From Eledone cirrhosa (Eukaryota), in assembly GCA_964016885.1 (NCBI GenBank), contig OZ024743.1, positions 134,788,001 to 134,852,000 of the forward strand: 64,000 bases of DNA. Direction: 5' to 3'. Shown piece after piece: positions 30,201 through 46,200 of the stretch (positions within the stretch are counted from its first letter, which is position 1; the number at the start of each line of letters is the position of its first letter). Made by a program: the position numbers and the translations under genes. The notes beneath the pieces were generated by a model. That model ran no database searches, was not told where the DNA came from, and worked only from the letters and a program-made list of their open reading frames with translations.

Positions 30201-31900
30201 AACACCAACCACTCAGCACCAAGCACCAAACACCAAGCACCAAGCACCAAACACCAAACACCAAACACCAAGCACCAAGCACCAAGCAACAAACACCAAA
30301 CACCAAACACCAAGCACCAAACACCAAACACCAAGCACCAGACACCAAGCACCAAACACCAAATACCAAACACCAAGCACCAAGCACCAAACACCAAACA
30401 CCAAACACCAAGCACCAAACACCAAACACCAAGCACCAAACACCAAGCACCAGACACCAAGCACCAAACACCAAACACCAAACACCAAGCACCAAACACC
30501 AAGCAGCAAGCACCGAATACCAAACACCAAGCACCGAGCACCAAACACCAAGCACCAAAGACCAAACACCAAACAGCAAACACCAAACACCATACAGCAA
30601 ACACTAAACACCAAAAAGCAGACACCAAACAGCAAACACCAAACACCAAACACCAAACACCAAACAGCAAACACCAAACACCAAGCACCAACTACCAAAC
30701 ACCAAGAACCAAGAACCAAACACCAAGCACCAAGCACCAAGTACAAACACCAAGCACCAATCACGAAACACCAAACACCAAGCACCAAACACCAAACACC
30801 AAGCACCAGACACCAAGCACCAAACACTAAACACCAAACACCAAGCACCAAGCACCAAACACCAAACACCAAGCAGCAAGAACCAAACACCAAACACCAA
30901 GCACCAAACACCAAGCACCAAAGACCAAACACCAAACAGCAAACACCAAACACGAAACAGCAAACACCATACAGCAAACACTAAACACCAAAAAGCAGAC
31001 ACCAGACAGCAAAACCAAACACCAAACACCAAACTCCAAACAGCAAACACCAAACACCAAGCACCAAACACGAAGCACCAAGCACCAAATACCTAACACC
31101 AAGCACCAAGCACCAAGCACCAAGTACCAAACACCAAGAACCAAGAACCAAACACCAAACACCAAGCACCAAGTACAAACACCAAGCACCAAGCACCAAG
31201 CACCAAACACCAAGCACCAAGCACCAAACACAAAACACCAAGCACCAAGCATCAAACACCAAGCAGCAAACACCAAACACCAAGCACCAATCACCAAACA
31301 CAAAGCACCCAGCACCAAACACCAAGGACCAAGCACCAAGCACCAAGCACCAAACACCAAACTCCAAACACCAAGCACCAAGCACCAAGCACCAGGCACC
31401 AAACACCAAGCACCAAGCACCAAACACCAAGCACCAAGCACCAAACACCAAATGCCAAACACCAAACACCAAGAACCAAGAACCAAACACCAAGCACCAA
31501 GCACCAAGTACAAACACCAAGCACCAAGCACCAAGCACCAAACACCAAGCATCAAGCACCAAGCAGCAAACACCAAACACCAAGCACCAAGCACCAAACA
31601 CAAAGCACCCAGCACCTAACACCAAGGACCAAGCACCAAGCACCAAGCACCAAAAACCAAACACGAAACACAAAACACCAAGCACCAAGCACCAAACACC
31701 AAGCACCAAGCACCAAGCACCAAACACCAAACACCAAGCACCAAGGACCAAGCACCAGGCACCAAACACCAAACACCAAACAGCAAACAACATACAGCAA
31801 ACACCAAACACCAAAAAGCAAACACCAAACACCAAACAGCAAACACCAAACAACAAACACCAAACAACAAACACCAAACAGCAAACAGCAAACACCAAGC
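24235..31900 (+). repeat. Tandem duplication, period 3885 bp (3787 after a 98-bp deletion near 30760)
   Basis: TGCCAAG 24508/28393 and CACCGAATAC 26626/30511. ORFs 24552/28437 and 25886/29771 have offset 3885. ORFs 27040/30827 have offset 3787. Confidence 0.92.
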
Positions 31901-34900
31901 ACCAATCACCAAACACCAAGCACCAAGCACCAAACACCAAGCACCAAGCACCAAGCACCAAACACCAAGCACCAAAGACCAAGCACCAAGCACCAAACAC
32001 CAAGCACCCAGCACCAAACACCAAGCACCCAGCACCAAACACCAAGCACCAAACACCAACCACTCAGCACCAAGCACCAAACACCAAGCACCAAGCACCA
32101 AACACCAAACACCAAACACCAAGCACCAAGCACCAAGCATCAAACACCAAGCATATAACACCAAACACCAAACACCAAGCACCAAGCACCAAAAAGCAGA
32201 CACCAAACAGCAAACACCAAACACCAAACACCAAACACCAAACAGCAAACACCAAACACCAAGCACCAAGTACCAAACTCCAAGAACCAAGAACCAAACA
32301 CCAAGCACCAAGCATCAAGTACAAACACCAAGCACCAAGCACCGAGCACCAAGCACCAAGCACCAAACACAAAACACCAAGCACCAAGCACCAAGCACCA
32401 AACACAAAGCACCCAGCACCAAACACCAAGGACCAAGCACCAAGCACCAAGCACCAAAAACCAAACACGAAACACAAAACACCAAGCACCAAGCACCAAA
32501 CACCAAACTCCAAGCACCAAGCACCAAGCACCAAACACCAAACACCAAGCACCAAGCACCAAGCACCAGGCACGAAACACCAAGCACCAAGCACCAAACA
32601 CCAAGCACCAAGCACCAAAGACCAAACACCAAACACCAAACAGCAAACAACATACAGCAAACACCAAACACCAAAAAGCAAACACCAAACACCAAACAGC
32701 AAACACCAAACAACAAACACCAAACAACAAACACCAAACAGCAAACAGCAAACACCAAACACCAAGCACCAAGCACCAAACACCAAGGACCAGGCACCAA
32801 ACACCAAGCCCCAAGCACCAAGCACCTAGCACCAAACACTAAGCACCAAGCACCAAACACTAAGCACCAAGCACCAAACACCAAGCACCAAGCACCAAAC
32901 ACCAAGCACCAAGCACCAAGCACCAAACACCAAACACCAAGCACCAAAGACCAAGCACCAAGCACCAAACACCAAGCACCAAGCACCAAGCACCAAACAC
33001 CAAGCACCTAGCACCAAACACCAAACACCAAGCACCAAACACCAAGCACCAATCACCAAGCATCAAACACCAAGCAGCCAGCAGCAAGCACCAAACACCA
33101 AGCACCAAGCACCAAAAACCAAACACCAAACACCAAGCACCAAACACCTAACACCAAGCACCAAACACCAAGCACCAAACACCAAGCACCAAGCACCAAG
33201 CACCAAGCACCAAACACCAAGCACCAAACACCAAGCACCAAACACCAAGCACCAAGCACCAAACACCAAGCACCAAGCACCAAACACCAAGAACCAAGCA
33301 CCAAGCACCAAGTACAAACACCAAGCACCAAGCACCAAACACCAAGCACCAAGCACCAAGCATCAAACACCAAGCACCAAACACCAAGCACCAAGCACCA
33401 AGCATCAAACACCAAGCATATAACACCAAACACCAAACACCAAGCACCAAACACCAAACACCAAGCACCAAGCACCAAACACCAAACACCAAGCACCAAG
33501 CACCAAACACCTAACACCAAGCACCAAACACCGAGCACCAAGCACCAAGCACCAAACACCAAGCACCAAGCACCAAACACCAAGCACCAAGCACCAAACA
33601 CAAAGAACCAAGCACCAAGCACCAAGTACAAACACCAAGCACCAAGCACCAAACACCAAGCACCTAGCACCAAACACCAAACACCAAGCCCCAAACACCA
33701 AGCACCAATCATCAAGCACCAAACACCAAGCAACCAGCAGCAAGCACCAAACACCAAACACCAAGCACCAAGCACCAAAAACCAGACACCAAGCACCAAG
33801 CACCAAACACCTAACACCAAGCACCAAGCACCAAGTTCCAAGCACCAAACACCAACAACCAAACACCAAACACCAAGCACCAAACACCAAACACCAAGCA
33901 CCAAGCACCAAACACCTAACACCAAGCACCAAGCACCAACCACCAAACACCAAGCACCAAGCACCAAGCATCAATCACCAAACACCAAGCACCAAACACC
34001 AAACACCAAGCACCAAGCACCAAACACCAAGCACCAAGCACCAAGCATCAAACACCAAGCACCAAACACCAAACACCAAACACCAAGCACCAAGCATCAA
34101 ACACCAAGCATATAACACCAAACACCAAACACCAAGCACCAAGCACCAAACACCAAACACCAAGCACCAAGCACCCAACACCAAACACCAAGCACCAAGC
34201 ACCAAACACCAAGCACCAAGCACCAAGCAAAAAGCACCAAACACCAAGCACCAAACACCAAACACCAAGCACCAAACACCAAACACCAAGCACCAAGCAC
34301 CAAACTCCTAACACCAAGCACCAAACACCAACCACCAAACACCAAGCACCAAGCACCAAGCACCAAGCACCAAACACCAAGCACCAAACACCAAGCACCA
34401 AACACCTAACACCAAGCACCAAGCACCAAGTACCAAGCACCAAACACCAAGCACCAAGCACCAAACACCAAGCACTAAACACCAAACACCAAGCACCAAG
34501 CACCAAACACCTAACACCAAGCACCAAACACCAACCACCAAACACCAAGCACCAAGCACCAAGCACCAAGCACCAAACACCAAGCACCAAGCACCAAACA
34601 CCAAGCACCAAACACCAAGCACGAAGCACCAAGCACCAAGTACAAACACCAAGCACCAAGCACCAAACACCAAGCACCAAGCATCAAACACCAAACACCA
34701 AACACCAAGCACCAAGCACCAAGCATCAAACACCAAGCATATATAACACCAAGCACCAAGCACCAAGCACCAAAGACCAAACACCAAACAGCAAACACCA
34801 AACACCATACAGCAAACACTAAACACCAAAAAGCAGACACCAAACAGCAAACACCAAACAGCAAACACCAAACACCAAACAGCAAACACCAAACACCAAG

Positions 34901-35069
34901 CACCAAACACCAAGGACCAAGCACCAAACACCTAACACCAAGCACCAATCACCAAGCACCAAACACCAAGCACCAAACACCAAACATCAAGCACCAAGCA
35001 TCAAGCAACAAGTATCCAAACACCAAGAACCAAGAACCAAACACCAAGCACCAAGCACCAAGTACAAAC

Positions 35070-38000
35070 ACCAAGCACCAAGCACCAAGCACCAAACACC
35101 AAGAACCAAGCACCAAACACAAAACACCAAGCACCAAGCACCAAGCATCAAACACCAAGCAGCAAACACCAAACACCAAGCACCAAGCACCAAACACAAA
35201 GCACCCAGCACCAAACACCAAGGCCCAAGCACCCAGCACCAAAAACCAAACACCAAACACCAAACTCCAAGCACCAAGCACCAAGCACCAGGCACCAAAC
35301 ACCAAGCAGCAAACACCAAACACCAAACGCCAAACACCAAACACCAAGCACCAAGCACCAAACACAAAACACCAAGCACCAAGCACCAAGCATCAAACAC
35401 CAAGCAGCAAACACCAAACACCAAGCACCAAGCACCAAGCACCAAACACAAAGCACCCAGCACCAAACACCAAGGACCATACACCAAGCACCAAGCACCA
35501 AAAACCAAACACGAAACACAAAACACCAAGCACCAAGCACCAAACACCAAACTCCAAGCACCAAGCACCAAGCACCAAACACCAAACACCAAGCACCAAG
35601 CACCAAGCACCAGGCACCAAACACCAAGCACCAAACACCAAGGAACAAGCACCAAACACCAAACACCAAACACCAAACACCAAACAGCAAACAACATACA
35701 GCAAACACTAAACACCAAAAAGCAAACACCAAACACCAAACAGCAAACACCAAACAACAAACACCAAACAACAAACACCAAACAGCAAACAGCAAACACC
35801 AAACACCAAGCACCAAGCACCAAACACCAAACACCAAACACCAAGCACCAGGCACCTAAACACCAAGCACCAAACACCAAGCACCTAGCACCAAACACTA
35901 AGCACCAAGCACCAAACACTAAACACCAACCACCAAACACCAAGCACCAAGCACCAAACACCAAGCACCAAGCACCAAGCACCAAACACCAAGCACCAAG
36001 CACCAAAGACCAAGCACCAAGCAGCATACACCAAGCACCCAGCACCAAACACCAAACACTAAACACCAACCACCCAGCACCAAGCACCAAACGCCAAGCA
36101 CCTAGCACCAAACACCAAACACCAAGCACCAAACACCAAGCACCAATCACCAAGCATCAAACACCAAGCAGCCAGCAGCAAGCACCAAACACCAAACACC
36201 AAGCACCAAAAACCAAACACCAAGCACCAGGCACCAAACACCTAACACCAAGCACCAAGCACCAAGTACCAAGCACCAAACACCAAGCACCAAACACCAA
36301 ACACCAAGCACCAAGCACCAAACACCAAGCACCAAACACCAAACACCAAGCACCAAACACCTAACACCAAACACCAAACACCAACCACCAAACACCAAAC
36401 ACCAAGCACCAAGCACCAAGCACCAAACACCAAGCACCAAACACCAAGCACCAAACACCAAGCACCAAGCACCAAGCACCAAGCACCAAACACCAAGCAC
36501 CAAACACCAAGCACCAAACACCAAGCACCAAGCACCAAACACCAAGCACCAAGCACCAAACACCAAGAACCAAGCACCAAGCACCAAGTACAAACACCAA
36601 GCACCAAGCACCAAACACCAAGCACCAAGCACCAAGCATCAAACACCAAGCACCAAACACCAAGCACCAAGCACCAAGCATCAAACACCAAGCATATAAC
36701 ACCAAACACCAAACACCAAGCACCAAACACCAAAGACCAAGCACCAAGCAACAAACACCTAACACCAAGCACCAAACACCAAGCACCAAACACCAAGCAC
36801 CAAGCACCAAGCACCAAGCACCAATCACCAAGCACCAAACACCAAGCACCAAGCACCAAACACCAAGCACCAAGCACCAAACACCAAGAACCAAGCACCA
36901 AGCACCAAGTACAAACACCAAGCAGCAAGCACCAAACACCAAGCACCTAGCACCAAACACCAAACACCAAGCACCAAACACCAAGCAGCAATCACCAAGC
37001 ACCAAACACCAAGCAGCCAGCAGCAAGCACCAAACACCAAACACCAAGCACCAAGCACCAAAAACCAGACACCAAGCACCAAGCACCAAACACCTAACAC
37101 CAAGCACCAAGCACCAAGTACCAAGCACCAAACACCAAGCACCAAACACCAAACACCAAGCACCAAACACCAAACACCAAGCACCAAGCACCAAACACCT
37201 AACACCAAGCACCAAGCACCAACCACCAAACAGCAAGCACCAAGCACCAAGCACCAAGCACCAAACACCAAGCACCAAACAGCAAGCACCAAGCACCAAG
37301 CACCAAACACCAAGCACCAAGCACCAAACACCAAGCACCAAGCACCAAGCATCAAACACCAAGCACCAAACACCAAACACCAAGCACCAAGCACCAAGCA
37401 CCAAGCACCAAACACCTAACACCAAGCACCAAACACCAACCACCAAACACCAAGCACCAAGCACCAAGCACCAAGCACCAAACACCAAGCACCAAACACC
37501 AAACACCAAGCACCATGCTCCAAGCACCAAACACCTAGCACCAAGCACCAAGTACCAAGCACCAAACACCAAGCACCAAACACCAAACACCAAGCACCAA
37601 ACACCAAACACCAAGCACCAAGCACCAAACACCTAACACCAAGCACCAAACACCAACCACCAAACACCAAGCACCAAGCACCAAGCACCAAGCACCAAAC
37701 ACCAAGCACCAAACACCAAGCACCAAGCACCAAGCACCAAGTACAAACACCAAGCACCAAGCACCAAACACCAAGCACCAATCATCAAACGCCAAACACC
37801 AAGCACCAAGCACCAAGCACCAAGCATCAAACACCAAGCATATAACACCAAACACCAAACACCAAGCACCAAGCACCAAACACCAAACACCAAGCACCAA
37901 GCACCCAGCACCAAACACCAAGCACCAAACACCAAGTACCAAGCACCAAGCAAAAAGCACCAAACACCAAACACCAAGCACCAAACACCGAACACCAAAC

Positions 38001-41000
38001 ACCAAGCACAAAGCACCAAACACCGAACACCAAACACCAAGCACCAAACACCAAACACCAAGCACCAGACACCAAGCACCAAACAACAAACACCAAACAC
38101 CAAGCACCAAGCACCAAACACCAAACACCAAGCACCAAGCACCAAGCCCCAAACACCAAGCACCAAAGACCAAACTCCAAACAACAAACACCAAACACAA
38201 AACAGCAAACACCATACAGCAAACACTAAACACCAAAAAGCAGACACCAAACAGCAAACACCAAACACCAAACACCAAACACCAAACAGCAAACACCAAA
38301 CACCAAGCACCAAACACCAAGCACCAAGCACCAAGCACCAAGCACCAAGCACCAAACACCAAGCACCAAACACGAAACACCAAGCACCAAGCACCAAGCA
38401 CCAAGTACCAAACACCAAGAACCAAGAACCAAACACCAAGCACCAAGCACCAAGTACAAACACCAAGCACCAAGCACCAAACACCAAGCACCAAGCACCA
38501 AACACAAAACACCAAGCACCAAGCACCAAGCATCAAACACCAAGCAGCAAACACCAAACACCAAGCACCAAACACAAAGCACCCAGCACCAAACACCAAG
38601 GACCAAGCACCAAGCACCAAGCACCAAAAACCAAACCCCAAACACAAAACACCAAGCACCAAGCACCAAGCACCAAGCATCAAACACCAAACACCAAGCA
38701 CCAAGCACCAGGCACCAAACACCAAGCACCAAGCACCAAGCACCAGACACCAAACACCAAACACCAAGCACCAATAACCAAACACCAAACACCTAACAGC
38801 AAGCACCAAGCACCAAACACCAAGCACCAAACAGCAAGCACCAAGCACCAAGCACCAAGCACCAAACACCAAACACCAAACACCAAACACCAAACAACAT
38901 ACAGCAAACACCAAACACCAAAAAGCAGACACGAAACAGCAAACACCAAACACCAAACAGCAAACACCAAACAACAAACACCAAACAACAAACACCAAAC
39001 AGCAAACAGCAAATACCTAACACCAAGAACCAAGAACCAAACCCCAAGCACCTAGCACCAAACACTAAGCACCAAGCACTAAACACCAAGCACCAAGCAC
39101 CAAACACCAAGCACCAAGCACCAAGCACCAAACACCAAGCACCAAGCACCAAACACCAAGCACCAAGCACCAAACACCAAGCACCAAGCACCTAGCACCA
39201 AACACCAAGCACCAATCACCAAGCACCAAACACCAAGCAGCCAGCAGCAAGCATCAAACACCAAACACCAAGCACCAAGCACCAAAAACCAAACACCAAG
39301 CACCAAGCACTAAACACCTAACACCAAGCACCAAGTACCAAATACCAAGCACCAAACACCAAGCACCAAACACCAAACACCAAGCACCAAACACCAAACA
39401 CCAAACACCAAGCACCAAACACCAAACACCAAGCACCAAGCACCAAACACCTAACACCAAGCACCTAGCACCAAACACCGAACACCAAGCACCAAACACC
39501 AAGCACCAATCACCAAGCATCAAACACCAAGCAGCCAGCAGCAAGCACCAAACACCAAACACCAAGCACCAAGCACCAAAAACCAATCACCAAGCACCAA
39601 ACACCTAACACCAAGCACCAAGCACCAAGTACCAAGCACCAAACACCAAGCACCAAACACCAAACACCAAGCACCAAGCACCAAACACCAAGCACCAAAC
39701 ACCAAACACCAAGCATCAAACACCTAACACCAAACACCAAGCACCAAACACCAAGCACCAAACACCAAGCACCAAGCACCAAACACCTAACACCAAGCAC
39801 CAAACACCAAGCACCAAACACCAAGCACCAAGCACCAAGCACCAAGCACCAAACACCAAGCACCAAACACCAAGCACCAAACACCAAGCACCAAGCACCA
39901 AACACCAAGCACCAAGCACCAAACACCAAGAACCGAGCACCAAGCACCAAGTACAAACACCAAGCACCAAGCACCAAACACCAAGCACCAAGCACCAAGC
40001 ATCGAACACCAAGCACCAAACACCAAGCACCAGACACCAAGCACCAAGCACCAAGCACCAAGCACCAAACACCAAGCACCAAACACCAAGCACCAAACAC
40101 CAAACACCAAGCACCAAACACCAAGCACCAAGCACCAAACACCAAGAACCAAGCACCAAGCATCAAGTACAAACACCAAGCACCAAGCACCAAACACCAA
40201 ACACCAAACAACATACAGCAAAAAACCAAACACCAAAAAGTGGACACGAAACAGCAAACACCAAACACCAAACACCAAACAGCAAACAGCAAACACCAAG
40301 CACCAAGCACCAAACACCTAACACCAAGCACCAAACACCAAGCACCAAACACCAAGCACCAAGCACCAAGCACCAAACACCAAGCACCAAACACCAAGCA
40401 CCAAACACCAAACACCAAGCACCAAACACCAAGCACCAAGCAGCAAACACCAAGAACCAAGCACCAAGCACCAAGTACAAACACCAAGCACCAAACACCA
40501 AGCAGCAATCACCAAGCACCAAACACCAAGCAGCCAGCAGCAAGCACCAAACACCAAACACCAAGCACCAAGCACCAAAAACCAGACACCAGACACCAAG
40601 CACCAAGCACCAAACACCTAACACCAAGCACCAAGCACCAAGTACCAAGCACCCAACACCAAGCACCAAACACCAAACACCAAGCACCAAGCACCAAACA
40701 CCAAGCACCAAACACCAAGCACCAAGCACCAAACACCAAGCACCAAGCACCAAGCACCAAACACCAAGAACCAAGCACCAAACACAAAACACCAAGCACC
40801 AAGCACCAAGCATCAAACACCAAGCAGCAAACACCAAACACCAAGCACCAAGCACCAAACACAAAGCACCCAGCACCAAACACCAAGGCCCAAGCACCCA
40901 GCACCAAAAACCAAACACCAAACACCAAACTCCAAGCACCAAGCACCAAGCACCAGGCACCAAACACCAAGCACCAAGCACCAAACACCAAACGCCAAAC

Positions 41001-44000
41001 ACCAAACACCAAGAACCAAGAACCAAACACCAAGCACCAAGCACCAAGTACAAACACCAAGCACCAAGCACCAAGCACCAAACACCAAACACCAAGCACC
41101 AAGCACCAAACACAAAACACCAAGCACCAAGCACCAAGCATCAAACACCAAGCAGTAAACACCAAACACCAAGCACCAAGCACCAAGCACCAAACACAAA
41201 GCACCCAGCACCAAACACCAAGGACCAAGCACCAAGCACCAAGCACCAAAAACCAAACACGAAACACAAAACACCAAGCACCAAGCACCAAACACCAAAC
41301 TCCAAGCACCAAGCACCAAGCACCAAACACCAAACAGCAAACAACATACAGCAAACACTAAACACCAAAAAGCAAACACCAAACACCAAACAGCAAACAC
41401 CAAACAACAAACACCAAACAACAAACACCAAACAGCAAACAGCAAACACCAAACACCAAGCAGCAAGCACCAAACACCAAACACCAAACACCAAGCACCA
41501 GGCACCTAAACACCAAGCACCAAACACCAAGCACCTAGCACCAAACACTAAGCACCAAGCACCAAACACTAAACACCAAGCACCAAACACCAAGCACCAA
41601 GCACCAAACACCAAGCACCAAGCACCAAGCACCAAACACCAAACACCAAGCACCAAAGACCAAGCACCAAGCAGCAAACACCAAGCACCCAGCACCAAAC
41701 ACCAAACACTAAACACCAACAATCCAGCACCAAGCACCAAACACCAAGCACCTAGCACCAAATACCAAACACCAAGCACCAAACACCAAGCACCAATCAC
41801 CAAGCATCAAACACCAAACAGCCAGCAGCAAGCACCAAACACCAAACACCAAGCACCAAAAACCAAACACCAAGCACCAAGCACCAAACACCTAACACCA
41901 AGCACCAAGCACCAAGTACCAAGCACCAAACACCAAGCACCAAACACCAAACACCAAGCACCAAGCACCAAACACCAAGCACCAAACACCAAACACCAAA
42001 CACCAAACACCAACCACCAAACACTAAACACCAAGCACCAAGCACCAAGCACCAAACACCAAGCACCAAACACCAAGCACCAAACACCAAGCACCAAGCA
42101 CCAAGCACCAAGCACCAAACACCAAGCACCAAGCACCAAGCACCAAACACTAAGCACCAAGCACCAAACACCAAGCACCAATCACCAAACACCAAGAACC
42201 AAGCACCAAGCACCAAGTACAAACACCAAGCACCAAGCACCAAACACCAAGCACCAAGCACCAAGCATCAAACACCAAGCACCAAACACCAAGCACCAAG
42301 CACCAAGCATCAAACACCAAGCATATAACACCAAACACCAAACACCCAGCACCAAACACCAAAGACCAAGCACCAAGCAACAAACGCCTAACACCAAGCA
42401 CCAAACACCAAGCACCAAACACCAAGCACCAAGCACCAAGCACCAAGCACCAATCACCAAGCACCAAACACCAAGCACCAAGCACCAAACACCAAGCACC
42501 AAGCGCCAAACACCAAGAACCAAGCACCAAGCACCAAGTACAAACACCAAGCAGCAAGCACCAAACACCAAGCACCTAGCACCAAACACCAAACACCAAG
42601 CACCAAACACCAAGCAGCAATCACCAAGCACCAAACACCAAGCAGCCAGCAGCAAGCACCAAACACCAAACACCAAGCACCAAGCACCAAAAACCAGACA
42701 CCAAGCACCAAGCACCAAACACCTAACACCAAGCACCAAGCACCAAGTACAAAGCACCAAACACCAAGCACCAAACACCAAACACCAAGCACCAAACACC
42801 AAACACCAAGCACCAAGCACCAAACACCTAACACCAAGCACCAAGCATCAACCACCAAACAGCAAGCACCAAGCACCAAGCACCAAGCACCAAACACCAA
42901 GCACCAAACAGCAAGCACCAAGCACCAAGCACCAAACACCAAGCACCAAGCACCAAACACCAAGCACCAAGCACCAAGCATCAAACACCAAGCACCAAAC
43001 ACCAAACACCAAGCACCAACACCAAGGATCAAACATCAAGCATATAACACCAAATACCAAACACCAAGAACCAAGCACCAAACACCAAACACCAAGCACC
43101 AAGCACCCAGCACCAAACACCAAGCACCAAACACCAAGCACCAAGCACCAAGCAAAAAGCACCAAACACCAAGCACCAAACACCAAACACCAAGCACCAA
43201 ACACCAAACACCAAGCACCAAGCACCAAACACCTAACACCAAGCACCAAACACCAACCACCAAACACCAAGCACCAAGCACCAAGCACCAAGCACCAAAC
43301 ACCAAGCACCAAACACCAAGCACCAAGCACCAAGCACCAAGTACAAACACCAAGCCCCAAGCACCAAACACCAAGCACCAAGCACCAATCATCAAACGCC
43401 AAACACCAAACACCAAGCAACAAGCACCAAGCATCAAACACCAAGCATATAACACCAAACACCAAACACCAAGCACCAAGCACCAAACACCAAACACCAA
43501 GCACCAAGCACCCAGCACCAAACACCAAGCACCAAACACCAAGCACCGAACACCGAACACCAAACACCAAGCACAAAGCACCAAACACCGAACACCAAAC
43601 ACCAAGCACCAAACACCAAACACCAAGCACCAGACACCAAGCACCAAACAACAAACACCAAACACCAAGCACCAAGCACCAAACACCAAACACCAAGCAC
43701 CAAGCACCAAGCACCAAACACCAAGCACCAAAGACCAAACTCCAAACAACAAACACCAAACACGAAACAGCAAACACCATACAGCAAACACTAAACACCA
43801 AAAAGCAGACACCAAACAGCAAACACCAAACACCAAACACCAAACACCAAACAGCAAACACCAAACACCAAGCACCAAACACCAAGCACCAAGCACCAAG
43901 CACCAAGCACCAAGCACCAAACACCAAGCACCAAACACGAAACACCAAGCACCAAGCACCAAGCACCAAGTACCAAACACCAAGAACCAAGAACCAAACA

Positions 44001-46200
44001 CCAAGCACCAAGCACCAAGTACAAACACCAAGCACCAAGCACCAAACACCAAGCACCAAGCACCAAACACAAAACACCAAGCACCAAGCACCAAGCATCA
44101 AACACCAAGCAGCAAACACCAAACACCAAGCACCAAACACAAAGCACCCAGCACCAAACACCAAGGACCAAGCACCAAGCACCAAGCACCAAAAACCAAA
44201 CACCAAACACAAAACACCAAGCACCAAGCACCAAGCACCAAGCATCAAACACCAAACACCAAGCACCAAGCACCAGGCACCAAACACCAAGCACCAAGCA
44301 CCAAACACCAAGCACCAAGCACCAAGCACCAAACACCAAACACCAAACACCAAACACCAAACAACATACAGCAAACACCAAACACCAAAAAGCAGACACG
44401 AAACAGCAAACACCAAACACCAAACAGCAAACACCAAACAACAAACACCAAATAACAAACACCAAACAGCAAACAGCAAATACCTAACACCAAGAACCAA
44501 GAACCAAACCCCAAGCACCTAGCACCAAACACTAAGCACCAAGCACTAAACACCAAGCACCAAGCACCAAACACCAAGCACCAAGCACCAAGCACCAAAC
44601 ACCAAACACCAAGCCCCAAAGACCAAGCACCAAGCACCAAACACCAAGCACCAAACACCAACCACCCAGCACCAAGCACCAAACACCAAGCACCAAGCAC
44701 CAAACACCAAGCACCAAGCACCAAACACCAAGCACCAAGCACCTAGCACCAAACACCAAGCACCAATCACCAAGCACCAAACACCAAGCAGCCAGCAGCA
44801 AGCACCAAACACCAAACACCAAGCACCAAGCACCAAAAACCAAACACCAAGCACCAAGCACCAAACACCTAACACCAAGCACCAAGTACCAAATACCAAG
44901 CACCAAACACCAAGCACCAAACACCAAACACCAAGCACCAAACACCAAACACCAAACACCAAGCACCAAACACCAAACACCAAGCACCAAGCACCAAACA
45001 CCTAACACCAAGCACCTAGCACCAAACACCAAACACCAAGCACCAAACACCAAGCACCAATCACCAAGCATCAAACACCAAGCAGCCAGCAGCAAGCACC
45101 AAACACCAAACACCAAGCACCAAGCACCAAAAACCAATCACCAAGCACCAAGCACCTAACACCAAGCACCAAGCACCAAGTACCAAGCACCAAACACCAA
45201 GCACCAAACACCAAACACCAAGCACCAAGCACCAAACACCAAGCACCAAACACCAAACACCAAGCATCAAACACCTAACACCAAACACCAAGCACCAAAC
45301 ACCAAGCACCAAACACCAAGCACCAAGCACCAAACACCTAACACCAAGCACCAAACACCAAGCACCAAACACCAAGCACCAAGCACCAAGCACCAAGCAC
45401 CAAACACCAAGCACCAAACACCAAGCACCAAACACCAAGCACCAAGCACCAAACACCAAGCACCAAGCACCAAACACCAAGAACCGAGCACCAAGCACCA
45501 AGTACAAACACCAAGCACCAAGCACCAAACACCAAGCACCAAGCACCAAGCATCAAACACCAAGCACCAAACACCAAGCACCAAACACCAAGCACCAAGC
45601 ACCAAGCACCAAGCACCAAACACCAAGCACCAAACACCAAGCACCAAACACCAAACACCAAGCACCAAACACCAAGCACCAAGCACCAAACACCAAGAAC
45701 CAAGCACCAAGCATCAAGTACAAACACCAAGCACCAAGCACCAAACACCAAACACCAAACAACATACAGCAAAAAACCAAACACCAAAAAGTAGACACGA
45801 AACAGCAAACACCAAACACCAAACACCAAACACCAAACAGCAAACACCAAGCACCAAGCACCAAACACCTAACACCAAGCACCAAACACCAAGCACCAAA
45901 CACCAAGCACCAAGCACCAAGCACCAAACACCAAGCACCAAACACCAAGCACCAAGCAGCATTCACCAAGCACCAAACACCAAGCAGCCAGCAGCAAGCA
46001 CCAAACACCAAACACCAAGCACCAAGCACCAAAAACCAGACACCAGACACCAAGCACCAAGCACCAAACACCTAACACCAAGCACCAAGCACCAAGTACC
46101 AAGCACCCAACACCAAGCACCAAACACCAAACACCAAGCACCAAGCACCAAACACCAAGCACCAAACACCAAGCACCAAGCACCAAACACCAAGCACCAA
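35070..46200 (+). repeat. Older, more diverged tandem duplication, period ~5.55-5.67 kb
   Basis: GGCC at 35222/40887 (5665). ORF offsets 35919/41569 (5650), 38226/43791 (5565), 39520/45071 (5551). The copies differ by many substitutions and indels. Confidence 0.88.

Larger units (their letters stand above)
1..35220 (+). repeat. Left HOR domain: length-variable copies of a 5-8-kb higher-order repeat
   Basis: Private landmarks recur in the same order. CATATATAA at 4066, 9192, 16569, 22940, 34738. TATCCAAA at 4341, 9467, 16844, 23215, 35013 (spacings 5126, 7377, 6371, 11798). CACCGAATAC at 1, 26626, 30511. I did not see these landmarks right of ~35.2 kb. Confidence 0.9.

Noticed and set aside
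344-34746. Promoter-like motifs: ACCAATCA (CCAAT box) and TATATAA within CATATATAA
   Set aside because: Each arises from one substitution or a TA slip in the repeat, multiplied by duplication. There is no consistent spacing between them and no downstream gene.
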